The notes under the pieces: model-generated | The model's database searches: none | The model's input: only the letters and a program-made list of their open reading frames with translations | What the model was told of the DNA's origin: nothing | In this document: in pieces, positions 1 to 8,460 of the stretch | Layout of the letters: each line of letters opens with the position of its first letter | Position numbering within the stretch: position 1 is the first letter of the stretch | Position numbers and translations under genes: made by a program | Assembly (NCBI GenBank): GCA_963713215.1 | Contig: CAVQKY010000005.1 | Span: 823,151-887,150 of the forward strand | DNA length: 64,000 bases | Source of the DNA: an uncultured Pseudomonadota bacterium | Lineage (GTDB): Bacteria > Pseudomonadota > Gammaproteobacteria > Steroidobacterales > Woeseiaceae | Direction of reading: 5' to 3'

Positions 1-1346
1 GTCTCGACATCGAGTTCGATGCCGTGCGCAAAATCATCCTCGAGCATTTTCTCGACACGGGCGGCAAATGCATCGTCGTGAATGAGGGCGGTGACCTCGA
101 AATTGAGCCGGAACGAGCGATTGTCGAAATTGGCCGTGCCGACCAGGGCGGTATGCCGGTCCACGAGCGCCACTTTCTGGTGCAGGAAGCCCGGCCGGTA
201 TTCGGTAAAGCGGATGCCGAGGCTGCCGAGCCGGCCGATGTAGTAATACGAGGCAAGCTTCGCGAGGATGCTGTCGCTCGTACCCGCCACGAGGATCCGG
301 ATGTCCACACCGCGCAGTGCGGCGAGTTCCAGCGCTTTCATTACCGCTTCGTCCGGGACGAAATACGCTGCCGTCAGCCACAGCCGCTCACGAGCCTGGT
401 TCAGTGCGATGACATACATCAGTCCGGCGGTTTCCAGCGATTGTACCGGGCTCGACGGAATGATCAGGGCCCGCACGTCGCTGCCCTCCGCGGGCGTGGG
501 TTCCCAGTTCAGCGCGGGCAGTTGCCGCGTCGCCCAGTACCAGTCGGATGCAATAACACTCTGCAACTGGGTGACGACCGGACCCTCGAGACGCACGTGC
601 GTGTCTCGCCAGGGCGAATAGTCGGAATGGTGACCCAGGTATTCGTCACCGACGTTGTGGCCGCCGAGCCAGCCGGCCTTGCCATCCACGACCACGATCT
701 TGCGGTGATTGCGGAAATTGAGCTGGAAGCGATTGTTGCGCCCGCGGGTCGGCTGAAAGGACGAAACCTCTGCGCCGGACTTGCGGAGGATGTCGCAGTA
801 GTCCGTGGACAGGGCGATGCAACCGACCTCGTCGTACAGGACATAGACCCGGATGCCCGCTTTGGCTCGCTCCACCAGGCATTCCTGCAGCCGCCGCCCG
901 ATACGGTCGTCGCGCAGGATGTAGAACTGCACGAGCACGTAGTCCTCGGCGCTTGCGATGCCCTCGAGAAGGCTCTTGAACGTCGCCTCGCCGTCGATCA
1001 GGAGCTCGACCGCGTTATTGCCGAGCAGATGGTTGCCCGACAGCCGCCGGATCGCGTCGTAGTAGGGCACATGGCCCTCGATCTGCACGCGTTCGGCCTC
1101 GAGGCTGGTCCGGGTTTTCTCGACGACAACGTCGATCTGCTCCCGGTTCGCCTCGTAGGCCTCGACGAAGCCCTCGAATTTGCTTCGTCCGAACACCCAA
1201 TACGCCGGTACCGCAAGAAACGGGATCGTCAGGAGTGCGCCGATCCAGGCAACCGCACCGGTCGAGGTCCGCGCCGTCATAGCCGCATTGACCGCGGACA
1301 GGACCCCGGCGGCGTAAAAGGCGATGGCGACAAGCGTGAGTAGCAT
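1..1346 (-). CDS. cls: cardiolipin synthase (PLD superfamily); 3' end lies beyond the window edge
   Basis: Absent from the ORF track because the stop is off-window. Reverse-strand read from ATG (1346..1344) gives MLLTLVAIAFYAAGVLSAVNA (TM N-terminus). Two HKD motifs: NHRKIVVVDG (~nt 690-720) and FLHQKVALVD (~nt 160-190). ORF 24..1343 (+) is its antisense shadow. Confidence 0.85.
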   Translation of the reverse strand, partial: MLLTLVAIAFYAAGVLSAVNAAMTARTSTGAVAWIGALLTIPFLAVPAYWVFGRSKFEGFVEAYEANREQIDVVVEKTRTSLEAERVQIEGHVPYYDAIRRLSGNHLLGNNAVELLIDGEATFKSLLEGIASAEDYVLVQFYILRDDRIGRRLQECLVERAKAGIRVYVLYDEVGCIALSTDYCDILRKSGAEVSSFQPTRGRNNRFQLNFRNHRKIVVVDGKAGWLGGHNVGDEYLGHHSDYSPWRDTHVRLEGPVVTQLQSVIASDWYWATRQLPALNWEPTPAEGSDVRALIIPSSPVQSLETAGLMYVIALNQARERLWLTAAYFVPDEAVMKALELAALRGVDIRILVAGTSDSILAKLASYYYIGRLGSLGIRFTEYRPGFLHQKVALVDRHTALVGTANFDNRSFRLNFEVTALIHDDAFAARVEKMLEDDFAHGIELDVE

Positions 1347-1494
1347 TGATTGTTGTTCTCCGTTCGGCCGCGCCTCCCGGGCCCCGGCGGGATACGGCCA
1401 TGACCGCGGCCCCCATCCTACCGCCAAGCGTATCTCGATGCTGAACCGGTTCCGCGCTTTGCTATGCTCTGGCGGCGACGACAGGAGCAATCTG

Positions 1495-2022
1495 ATGAAG
1501 CGATTCGCATGCGTGTTTGCCGGCATTGCACTGACGGGCGCCACACCGGCCCTATCCGAGGTGCTCGATGCAGGCGCGGCCGGCTTCACCGTCCGGCACG
1601 AGGTCCTGGTCAGCGCACCGCGCGCCGAGGTATGGCGCGCCGCGGTCGACGACGTCGGCAACTGGTGGAACGCGGACCACACCGTGGGCGGTGATGCGAC
1701 CCGGCTTCATATCGACGCGCGGCCTCTCGGCTGTTTTTGCGAGCGCCTCGCCGGCGACGACGGTGTGGTACACCTCATGGTGACGACCGTCAGCCGCGAG
1801 GTACTGCTACGCCTGACCGGGGGCCTCGGACCGCTCGGGCTGATGGGTGTCAACGGCAACATGACCTGGGAGTTCTTCGATGCGGAGGAGGGCACGCGAC
1901 TTCGCTTTACTTATGCGGTAGGCGGCTACCGCGACGGCGGGCTCCTCGAGCTCGCGGGGCCGGTGGACGGAGTCATAACGGAAGCCCTCCTGCGCCTCAA
2001 GGCGCATGCCGAGGGCGAATGA
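1495..2022 (+). CDS. exported SRPBCC-fold (AHSA1 / polyketide-cyclase-like) protein
   Basis: In-frame ATG inside ORF 1324..2022. MKRFACVFAGIALTGATPALSE looks like a Sec signal. The rest (FTVRHEVLVSAPRAEVWRAAVD..NWW) resembles SRPBCC proteins from memory. Confidence 0.55.
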   Translation: MKRFACVFAGIALTGATPALSEVLDAGAAGFTVRHEVLVSAPRAEVWRAAVDDVGNWWNADHTVGGDATRLHIDARPLGCFCERLAGDDGVVHLMVTTVSREVLLRLTGGLGPLGLMGVNGNMTWEFFDAEEGTRLRFTYAVGGYRDGGLLELAGPVDGVITEALLRLKAHAEGE

Positions 2023-2051
2023 GCGCCGGCCGGTAGCCGAGGTCGATTGCC

Positions 2052-2891
2052 ATGCAGCCGTTTCAGCATCCGCTCGACGCGTATGTCGAGCTGGCACCGG
2101 GCATCCGGCGCCTGCTGGCGCCGAACCCCTCGATGATGACGGGGCCGGGCACGAACAGCTACCTGCTCGGGCGCCGTGCGATCGCGGTGGTCGACCCGGG
2201 ACCGGCGATCCAGGCGCATCTCGACGCCATCGTGGAGCGCGCCGGCGGGACCATTCGATGGATTCTCGCCACGCACACCCATCCGGACCACTCGCCGGGC
2301 GTTGCGGCGCTTGCGATCCGGACCGGTGCGGAAGTACTCGGCATGCGCCCGGCGGGCGGCGCCCATCAGGATGAGACCTTTGCGCCTGACCGGGAGCTTT
2401 ATGACGGCGCGCGGCTCGAGACGCCTGAATTCATTGTCGAAGCCATTCACACGCCGGGTCACGCGTCGAATCATCTGTGCTTTCTCCATACTGCCGCGAA
2501 CTGGATCCTGACAGGCGACCACATCATCGAGGGCTCGACCGTGGTCATCGACCCGCCGGACGGCAATATGCGCGACTATCTCGACTCCTTGAAAAAAATC
2601 CGCGAACGCGGTCCGGCCGCATTGCTGCCGGGACACGGCGACCGCATCGACGAGCCGGGTCGAGTGATCGACGGGATCATCGATCATCGCCTCGGCCGTG
2701 AGCGCCGGGTTCGGCAGGCCCTCGCCGCCCGGCCCGGGAGCACGCCCGCGGAACTCGTGCCCCGGGTCTATACTGACGTGCCTCTGCGCCTGCACGGCTG
2801 GGCCGAGCGCTCGTTGCTCGCGCACCTCATCAAGCTCGCCGAGGACGGCGTTGCGGCGGAGCGTGCCGGCCGATGGCGGCCGATGGCCTGA
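2052..2891 (+). CDS. MBL-fold metallo-hydrolase
   Basis: ORF 2052..2891. Metallo-beta-lactamase motif [11 protein letters not shown], later HTPGH and LLPGHG. Confidence 0.8.
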   Translation: MQPFQHPLDAYVELAPGIRRLLAPNPSMMTGPGTNSYLLGRRAIAVVDPGPAIQAHLDAIVERAGGTIRWILATHTHPDHSPGVAALAIRTGAEVLGMRPAGGAHQDETFAPDRELYDGARLETPEFIVEAIHTPGHASNHLCFLHTAANWILTGDHIIEGSTVVIDPPDGNMRDYLDSLKKIRERGPAALLPGHGDRIDEPGRVIDGIIDHRLGRERRVRQALAARPGSTPAELVPRVYTDVPLRLHGWAERSLLAHLIKLAEDGVAAERAGRWRPMA

Positions 2892-2955
2892 ATCCACTTG
2901 CTTGAATCGCGGGCTGACATCGCATAGCGTACTCGGTCCGCCCGGGAGGATCCGA

Positions 2956-3279
2956 ATGACGTTCGTTGTGACCGAAGCCTGCATCAAATGCAAACTGACG
3001 GACTGCGTCGAGGTCTGTCCGGTCGACTGTTTTCATGAAGGCCCGAACTTCCTCGTGATCGATCCGGACGAGTGCATCGACTGCACGCTGTGCGAGCCGG
3101 AGTGTCCTGTCGAAGCGATTTTTTCGGAAGACGAATTGCCGGCCGGCCAGGAACAATTCCGCGCACTCAATGCAGAGCTCGCCAAAGTGTGGCCGGTCAT
3201 CACCGAGATGACGGACCCGCCCGCCGATGCCGACGAGTGGCGCGAGGTGAAGGACAAGCTCAGGTATCTCGAGCGCTAG
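2956..3279 (+). CDS. fdxA: 7Fe ferredoxin (Azotobacter FdxA type)
   Basis: In-frame ATG at 2956 of ORF 2698..3279. [55 protein letters not shown] gives CxxCxxxCxxxCP and CxxCxxCxxxCP clusters. 107 aa. Confidence 0.9.
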   Translation: MTFVVTEACIKCKLTDCVEVCPVDCFHEGPNFLVIDPDECIDCTLCEPECPVEAIFSEDELPAGQEQFRALNAELAKVWPVITEMTDPPADADEWREVKDKLRYLER

Positions 3280-3296
3280 CGGCGCAACGGCGAGCG

Positions 3297-3492
3297 TCGA
3301 TCACTCTCTCCCTCATGGCTCGGCTCGCTGCGCTCGCCTGCGCTTTACTTCGGTCGATGAGCGATCGACGCTCGCCAGTGCGCCGCATCCTGCACTGGCC
3401 CGGATCGATTGCTCTCTCCCCCCATGGCTCGGCTCGCTGCACTCGCCTGCGCTTTACGTCGGTCGATGAGCAATCGACCCGCGCCAGTGCGC
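3297..3492. repeat. two direct copies (~88 bp, period ~109 bp) of an intergenic element between convergent fdxA and the dehalogenase gene
   Basis: Copy 1 ~3297..3383 and copy 2 ~3404..3492 share CTCTC(C)CCnCATGGCTCGGCTCGCTGCrCTCGCCTGCGCTTTACkTCGGTCGATGAGCrATCGAC...CGCCAGTGCGC with few mismatches. Each copy holds a small GTCGAT/ATCGAC inverted repeat. Confidence 0.75.
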
Positions 3493-3504
3493 ACCAGGCC
3501 AGGC

Positions 3505-4401
3505 TCACGAGTTCGCGGCGATGAAGCGGAGAATGACGTCGGCGAGTTCCGGACCCTTGTCCTCCTGGAGAAAGTGACCCGCGCCGGGCACCCGCACGTG
3601 CACCTGCTCGCGTGCCCCCGGTACCTGTTCCTGCCAGATGCGTTCGCCGCCCCGGGTGATCGGATCGCGGCTCGAGAAGGCTGTAAGAAAGGGCTTGTTC
3701 CAGTGCCGGAACACCTGCCAGGCGCGCCGGTTTGCTGCGCTGGCCGGGTCGTTCGGTCGCGTCGGAACCAACAGCGGAAAGGCACGGGCCCCGGCCATGT
3801 ACTCCCGCGACGGAAACGGCGCGTCATACGCGGCGACGACGGCGTCCGCGAGCGCTGTGACGGTGCCACGTTGCACGATCCGGCCGACCGGGAACCAGGG
3901 ACTGAGCCGCGCGAACGCCTGCCAGGCGAAAAATGCGCGGGGCAGACGCTGGTCGCCGGTCGGAAGGCCGCCGTTCGCGAGAACGATGCGCGCGAAGCGG
4001 TGCGAATGTTCGGCCGCAACGCGCAGGCCGATAAGGGATCCCCAGTCCTGGCAGAAGAGCGTTATGTTCGTGAGCGCCAGATTTTCAATGAGGTTCGTGA
4101 TCCAGGCCACGTGATCGCCGTAGCTGTAGTCATGACGCTCCGCGAGCTTGTCCGACTTCCCGAAACCGATCAGATCCGGTGCGACGACGCGGTGTCCTGC
4201 CGCCGCGAGCGGCGGAATCATGTGCCGGTACAGATATGACCAGGTCGGTTCGCCATGCAGGAGCAGGATCGGTGCGGCGTGCCGCGGTCCCTCGTCGACG
4301 TAGTGGATCCGGAGGCCGTTTATCTGAACGTACTGGCCAATGAAGGGATAATCCGGCAAGGCGCCGAAGCGTTCATCGGGCGTTCGCAGTATGCGGCTCA
4401 T
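3505..4401 (-). CDS. haloalkane dehalogenase-type alpha/beta hydrolase
   Basis: ORF 3505..4401. LLLHGEPTWSYLYRHMIP and nucleophile elbow FCQDWGSLIGL are typical of HLD-I (DhlA/DhmA-like) enzymes. Confidence 0.75.
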   Translation of the reverse strand: MSRILRTPDERFGALPDYPFIGQYVQINGLRIHYVDEGPRHAAPILLLHGEPTWSYLYRHMIPPLAAAGHRVVAPDLIGFGKSDKLAERHDYSYGDHVAWITNLIENLALTNITLFCQDWGSLIGLRVAAEHSHRFARIVLANGGLPTGDQRLPRAFFAWQAFARLSPWFPVGRIVQRGTVTALADAVVAAYDAPFPSREYMAGARAFPLLVPTRPNDPASAANRRAWQVFRHWNKPFLTAFSSRDPITRGGERIWQEQVPGAREQVHVRVPGAGHFLQEDKGPELADVILRFIAANS

Positions 4402-4441
4402 TCGCTGTCGTTTCCCCCGCGATTCGCCCTATCATACGCAC

Positions 4442-5371
4442 ATGCTCACGCACGACATCGAAACTCCCCGCGCCAGCCTGCAGGCGCGCATCGTGCGGGC
4501 CGTCACCTCCGTGTGGTTCAGCCTGCTCGATGCCGAACGTGCGAATGTCCAGGCGGCGCGTTTCCGGATCAATGCACTGGGAAAGCTGGTGCCGACGGCC
4601 GCAGGCGTTGTGGTGGAGCCGGCCGAAATTGCCGGGCTCGACGCCGAATGGCTGGTGCCGGCCACGGCCCCCGCGGACCGGTTGATCCTGTACCTGCACG
4701 GCGGCGCGTACGTGCTCGGCGGCTGCGATTCGCATCGGCATATGGTGAGTCACATCGCCCGTGCGGCCGGCGTCCGCGCGTTGGTCCCGGAATACAGCCT
4801 GGCGCCGGAAAACCCGTTTCCCGCAGCGGTCGAGGATGTCGTCGAGGTCTACCGTGCCTTGCTCGGCCAGGGTTATGACGCGCGCAATATCGTCGTCGCG
4901 GGCGATTCCGCCGGGGGCGGGCTGGCCGTCGCGAGTTTGCTCGCCAGCCGGGATGCCGGCCTGCCGATGCCGGCCGGCGCATTCCTCCTGTCGCCCTGGC
5001 TCGATCTGTCGGCGAGCGGCGAGACGATGCGCTCGCGCGACGGCCGCGACCCGTGGTTCCGGCCGGGTGACGTGGCCGTCATTGCCGGCCATTACTGCCG
5101 GAAAGACCAGGTGACCGATCCGTTGGTATCACCGGTTTTCGCCGAACTCGACGAATTTCCACCGACGTTCATCCAGGTCGGTGACGACGAGATCCTGCTG
5201 AGCGATGCCACCCGCCTGGCGAAAAATCTCGAATCCCGCGGTTGCCGCGTCGAGCTCGAGGTTTTTCCGGGCATGTGGCACGTATTCCAGGCCTTCCTGC
5301 TGGTCGTGCCCGAGGCGCGCGCAGCGGTCGAACGCCTGGCAGGCAGCATGCGCGAGATTCTCGAGCCCTAG
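4442..5371 (+). CDS. alpha/beta hydrolase fold-3 esterase/lipase (HSL family)
   Basis: ORF 4391..5371. I prefer ATG 4442 because it avoids overlap with the divergent dehalogenase start. Oxyanion motif LHGGAYVLGG and nucleophile GDSAGG. Confidence 0.8.
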   Translation: MLTHDIETPRASLQARIVRAVTSVWFSLLDAERANVQAARFRINALGKLVPTAAGVVVEPAEIAGLDAEWLVPATAPADRLILYLHGGAYVLGGCDSHRHMVSHIARAAGVRALVPEYSLAPENPFPAAVEDVVEVYRALLGQGYDARNIVVAGDSAGGGLAVASLLASRDAGLPMPAGAFLLSPWLDLSASGETMRSRDGRDPWFRPGDVAVIAGHYCRKDQVTDPLVSPVFAELDEFPPTFIQVGDDEILLSDATRLAKNLESRGCRVELEVFPGMWHVFQAFLLVVPEARAAVERLAGSMREILEP

Positions 5372-6732
5372 ATCGTTTTCTCCGCATCCTCGTGCATGCG
5401 GACGAGAAAACGCCGGATTGCCGCCACGGCCTCGTCGCGAGGCATGAGCTGGCGGGCCTCGAATTCCGCTGCCATATCGTGCAGGGAGCGCTTGCCGTCG
5501 ATCAGCGACATGACGAAGGCGTAAATCCGCGTGCTGACCGCCTGTGCCTGGAAGGCCGCCGTAAGCGGCACCGGCTCGTTGCCCGTCACGAGCCAGTCCG
5601 GCAGGGCGCGGTGGCGCGCCGGACGATCGACCGGGCGTGATTTCCTGGCCGCGAACGTGAACACGGTTTCCAGTCGCCCGTGGCGGCTCGCGGGCGAGTT
5701 CATGTAGGGGATAGTGGTCTCGTCGACTTCCGGCGCATCGAAACCCGCGCCGGCGAGGATGTCGATGACCTCGGGCGGCGCGTAGCGCCGGGCGCGGCCT
5801 GCGGCGGCAAAAGCCAGTGAACCGAAATTCAGCCAGCGGCCCCCCGTTCGCAGCAGCGCGTTGATGCGCGCGCTGAACACCGGCAGGTCTTCGCTGACGA
5901 TATCGATGAGCCACGGGGTAACGACGGTGTCGAACTGTGCAGAGGCAAAGGGCGGACGCAGCGCATCGCCGAGCACGAGGTGCAATCCTTCAGACAGGGG
6001 AGCGGGCGCGGCGAGAGTCCGGAGCACCGCATCATCCGCCGCAGCAAGCGGGGCCAGGGGGAACTCGACCATGTCCAGCGTTTCGCCGGCAAACATGCGC
6101 TCGGCGATCAGTACGAGCAAGGGATTGAAATCGAGCGCGAAGAGCTGCGCGACCTCGAATTCGCGTTTGATGTCATACGCCAGCCGGCCTGCACCGGCGC
6201 CGAGAACGAGCGTCGTGCCGAGGGCTGTGTCGGCACAGAGGACCTTACGCAGCGAACCGATAGAGGCGGCGTTCTCCTCCTCGCCCCAGGCCCAGTCCCG
6301 GTGGACGTTGGCGTAGTAGGTGTTGAGGCCCTGGTCGGATGGCATTCGGGTCCGGAGGGCGAGCCACGTTTCGTAGGAAGTGGCCAGGGACCCGACCCCG
6401 ACCGGCGCCAGCAAGCCGGAGAGCGTGCGACGGTGAAGGTCGAGGTGTTCCCGGTAGCGACGCACGCGCGCGCGGGTGGTTTCACGAAGGTCCCGCTGCA
6501 GAAGTTCAGCATCCAGGGCGTCGAGCTCCCGCCCGATACCCTGCAATGCCGAATGCAGGCGGCCGCGCCACTCCGCGAGGCTCGCGTCCGGCTCGGCGAA
6601 CAGCCAGGGGATGCCGTTGAGGTGCGGAAAATCGACCTTGCAGGCACGACAGCGGAATCCCCTGTCCTGCGCATCGAGCGGCGTTTTGTCGCAGCGCGGG
6701 CAGGCGAGCAGGTCGGACGGTATCGGGCTCAT
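5368..6732 (-). CDS. three-part fusion: Trm112/YcaR-like zinc ribbon + class I SAM methyltransferase + C-terminal PqqD-like domain
   Basis: ORF 5368..6822, start taken at MSPIPSDLL (6732). CPRCDKTPL..FRCRACKVDFPHLNGIPWLF is a CxxC..CxxC ribbon. LVLGAGAGRLAYD is the SAM motif I. The C-terminus IYAFVMSLIDGKRSLHDMAAEFEARQLMPRDEAVAAIRRFLVRM resembles PqqD/RRE domains. Confidence 0.6.
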   Translation of the reverse strand: MSPIPSDLLACPRCDKTPLDAQDRGFRCRACKVDFPHLNGIPWLFAEPDASLAEWRGRLHSALQGIGRELDALDAELLQRDLRETTRARVRRYREHLDLHRRTLSGLLAPVGVGSLATSYETWLALRTRMPSDQGLNTYYANVHRDWAWGEEENAASIGSLRKVLCADTALGTTLVLGAGAGRLAYDIKREFEVAQLFALDFNPLLVLIAERMFAGETLDMVEFPLAPLAAADDAVLRTLAAPAPLSEGLHLVLGDALRPPFASAQFDTVVTPWLIDIVSEDLPVFSARINALLRTGGRWLNFGSLAFAAAGRARRYAPPEVIDILAGAGFDAPEVDETTIPYMNSPASRHGRLETVFTFAARKSRPVDRPARHRALPDWLVTGNEPVPLTAAFQAQAVSTRIYAFVMSLIDGKRSLHDMAAEFEARQLMPRDEAVAAIRRFLVRMHEDAEKTI

Positions 6733-6805
6733 CCGGCAATGGTACTGGAATGAGAACGGCCGGTCCGCGAGGACCGGCCGTAACCGGGGGCAGCCAGGAG
6801 GGGGG

Positions 6806-8434
6806 CTACACCGGGTTGGCAATCGTACCGTTGCAGATGGGCGTGAAGGCCGTGAGGCTGTCCTGCAGCGCCGCGTTGCCGAGGCCGTGCGCCGGGAAGA
6901 CCTGGCCGAACAAGCCCTGTTCCCCGTGCAGCGCCATGTAGTTCAGCAACACGGTATTGACGAGCAACGGGACGTTGTTGGCGGCGGGTGTCGCCGCGCG
7001 CTGGACTGCGCCGTCCGAGCTCATGTAACCCAACTGCTGATGCTGCGCGATGTCCGCGGGGGTTGCGCCGATGATCGTCGGCCGTCGGCCCGGGTTATAG
7101 ACGAGGAAGAAGGATGCAGCCGTCGACGAGTTGTCGCTGTCCCATTCGCCCTTGCCCCTGCCGTCGACGGTATCGTCGATCGCGCCGTTCGAGGACAGCG
7201 ACCCGTCTGAGAAGACATAGATCATCACGGGCGTGTTGAGCCTCGCGGCGTATTCGAGCACGGCACCCATGCAGCGACCGGCACGGAAGTCCTTGACCTC
7301 ACCTTCCGCACGGCGCCCGCCATGGTAGTCATAGCCGCCCATCTCGATGCAGCCGGCGCCGGCGTAGCCGTTCATGACCAGCTTCATGATCGAAGCCGTC
7401 TTCTGGAACTCGCGCGCATCGGTGTTGTTGGCATTGAATTCAGCGTCGGTGAATATACCGCTCGGGCCGACGATCACCGGGTCGAGGCCCGGATCGATCG
7501 GGACGCCGCCGAAGCGGTCGGCGATGTCGGCCGCTTTCAGGTAACCGCAACGCACCAGTTCCTTGATGACGGCGTCATTGGTCACCTGCGTGTTGACCCG
7601 ATCCATCTTGGCGTCTGTCAGGCGATAGATCGACTCCATGACCGCCGTCGCGTCTTCTTTCGACAGGATACCGACGAGGTCACCCGTATCCACGAGATTC
7701 GTCACGTCGGACGGCCGGTCGACCTTGGTCGGACGAAGTTCGGGATCGTACAAGGACATCGGCAGCATCGAGTTGCCGCCGGAGTCGGTATTCTCCGAGC
7801 CCGCGAGCGTCAGGATGGAGCCGTTGGCGCCAGCGCCGCCCGCACCGGCACGCGCGATGCCATACATCGGGTTGTGCGGGTTGTTGCCGGTGTCGTTATC
7901 GGAGCGGGCCGGAATGACGGCGCCGTTGATGAATGATTCGTTGCCCGGCGTCAGCATCTGCGCGATGCCCCGGCGGAAGGCCGAATCGAGATGAAAGCCG
8001 AGCCCCAGGTCGAAGTTCGCATAAGGCTGGCCGCTGACCGGGTCGTTGAGGCCGGGCACCATGTCGCCGGGCAGGCCTTGGCGCGAGTAGCCGATCGTGG
8101 CCAGGAAGTCCGACTGTCCCCCTTCCTGTCCGATCAGCACGTTCGAACCCGCAATGTTCGCGCCGCCCGCCAGGTCAAAACAGATGAAGGGAATCTTGCC
8201 GGCGCCGTTCGTCGCGATCTGGCAGGGGTTTATGAGCAGCGCGTCGAGGTCCGACGACAATGCCGCATAGGCTTCGCGCGGATTCGAGAACAGGCTCAAT
8301 ATCCCGGCGCTCGTCGCGTAGGCGGCACCCGACATGAAGCCCTGTGCTACGAATTGGCGGCGTGTGACAGGACGCGGATGATCGCTGTGGAACTGTGGCG
8401 CGTCCCAGTCCCGTTTATTTCGTCTCTTGGCCAT
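6806..8434 (-). CDS. Tat-exported protein of unknown function, distantly DUF1501/DUF1552-like
   Basis: ORF 6806..8503. Start at MAKRRNK (8434) has AAGGAAG 7 nt upstream. Twin-arginine signal VTRRQFVAQGFMSGAAYA. Motifs FICFDLAGGANIAGSN, EMGGYDYHGG and YVFSDGSL resemble the GGxDxxN / GGWDTH / SEFGR blocks of DUF1501 as I remember them. Confidence 0.5.
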   Translation of the reverse strand: MAKRRNKRDWDAPQFHSDHPRPVTRRQFVAQGFMSGAAYATSAGILSLFSNPREAYAALSSDLDALLINPCQIATNGAGKIPFICFDLAGGANIAGSNVLIGQEGGQSDFLATIGYSRQGLPGDMVPGLNDPVSGQPYANFDLGLGFHLDSAFRRGIAQMLTPGNESFINGAVIPARSDNDTGNNPHNPMYGIARAGAGGAGANGSILTLAGSENTDSGGNSMLPMSLYDPELRPTKVDRPSDVTNLVDTGDLVGILSKEDATAVMESIYRLTDAKMDRVNTQVTNDAVIKELVRCGYLKAADIADRFGGVPIDPGLDPVIVGPSGIFTDAEFNANNTDAREFQKTASIMKLVMNGYAGAGCIEMGGYDYHGGRRAEGEVKDFRAGRCMGAVLEYAARLNTPVMIYVFSDGSLSSNGAIDDTVDGRGKGEWDSDNSSTAASFFLVYNPGRRPTIIGATPADIAQHQQLGYMSSDGAVQRAATPAANNVPLLVNTVLLNYMALHGEQGLFGQVFPAHGLGNAALQDSLTAFTPICNGTIANPV

Positions 8435-8460
8435 TGCAGTCTTCCTTGATTGTCCTGTCG

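Noticed and set aside
24-1343. 439-aa ORF on the + strand
   Set aside because: It is the antisense shadow of cardiolipin synthase. The minus-strand frame gives clean HKD motifs, while the + translation is Arg/Gly/Asp-rich with no recognisable domain. Long antisense ORFs are expected in GC-rich DNA.
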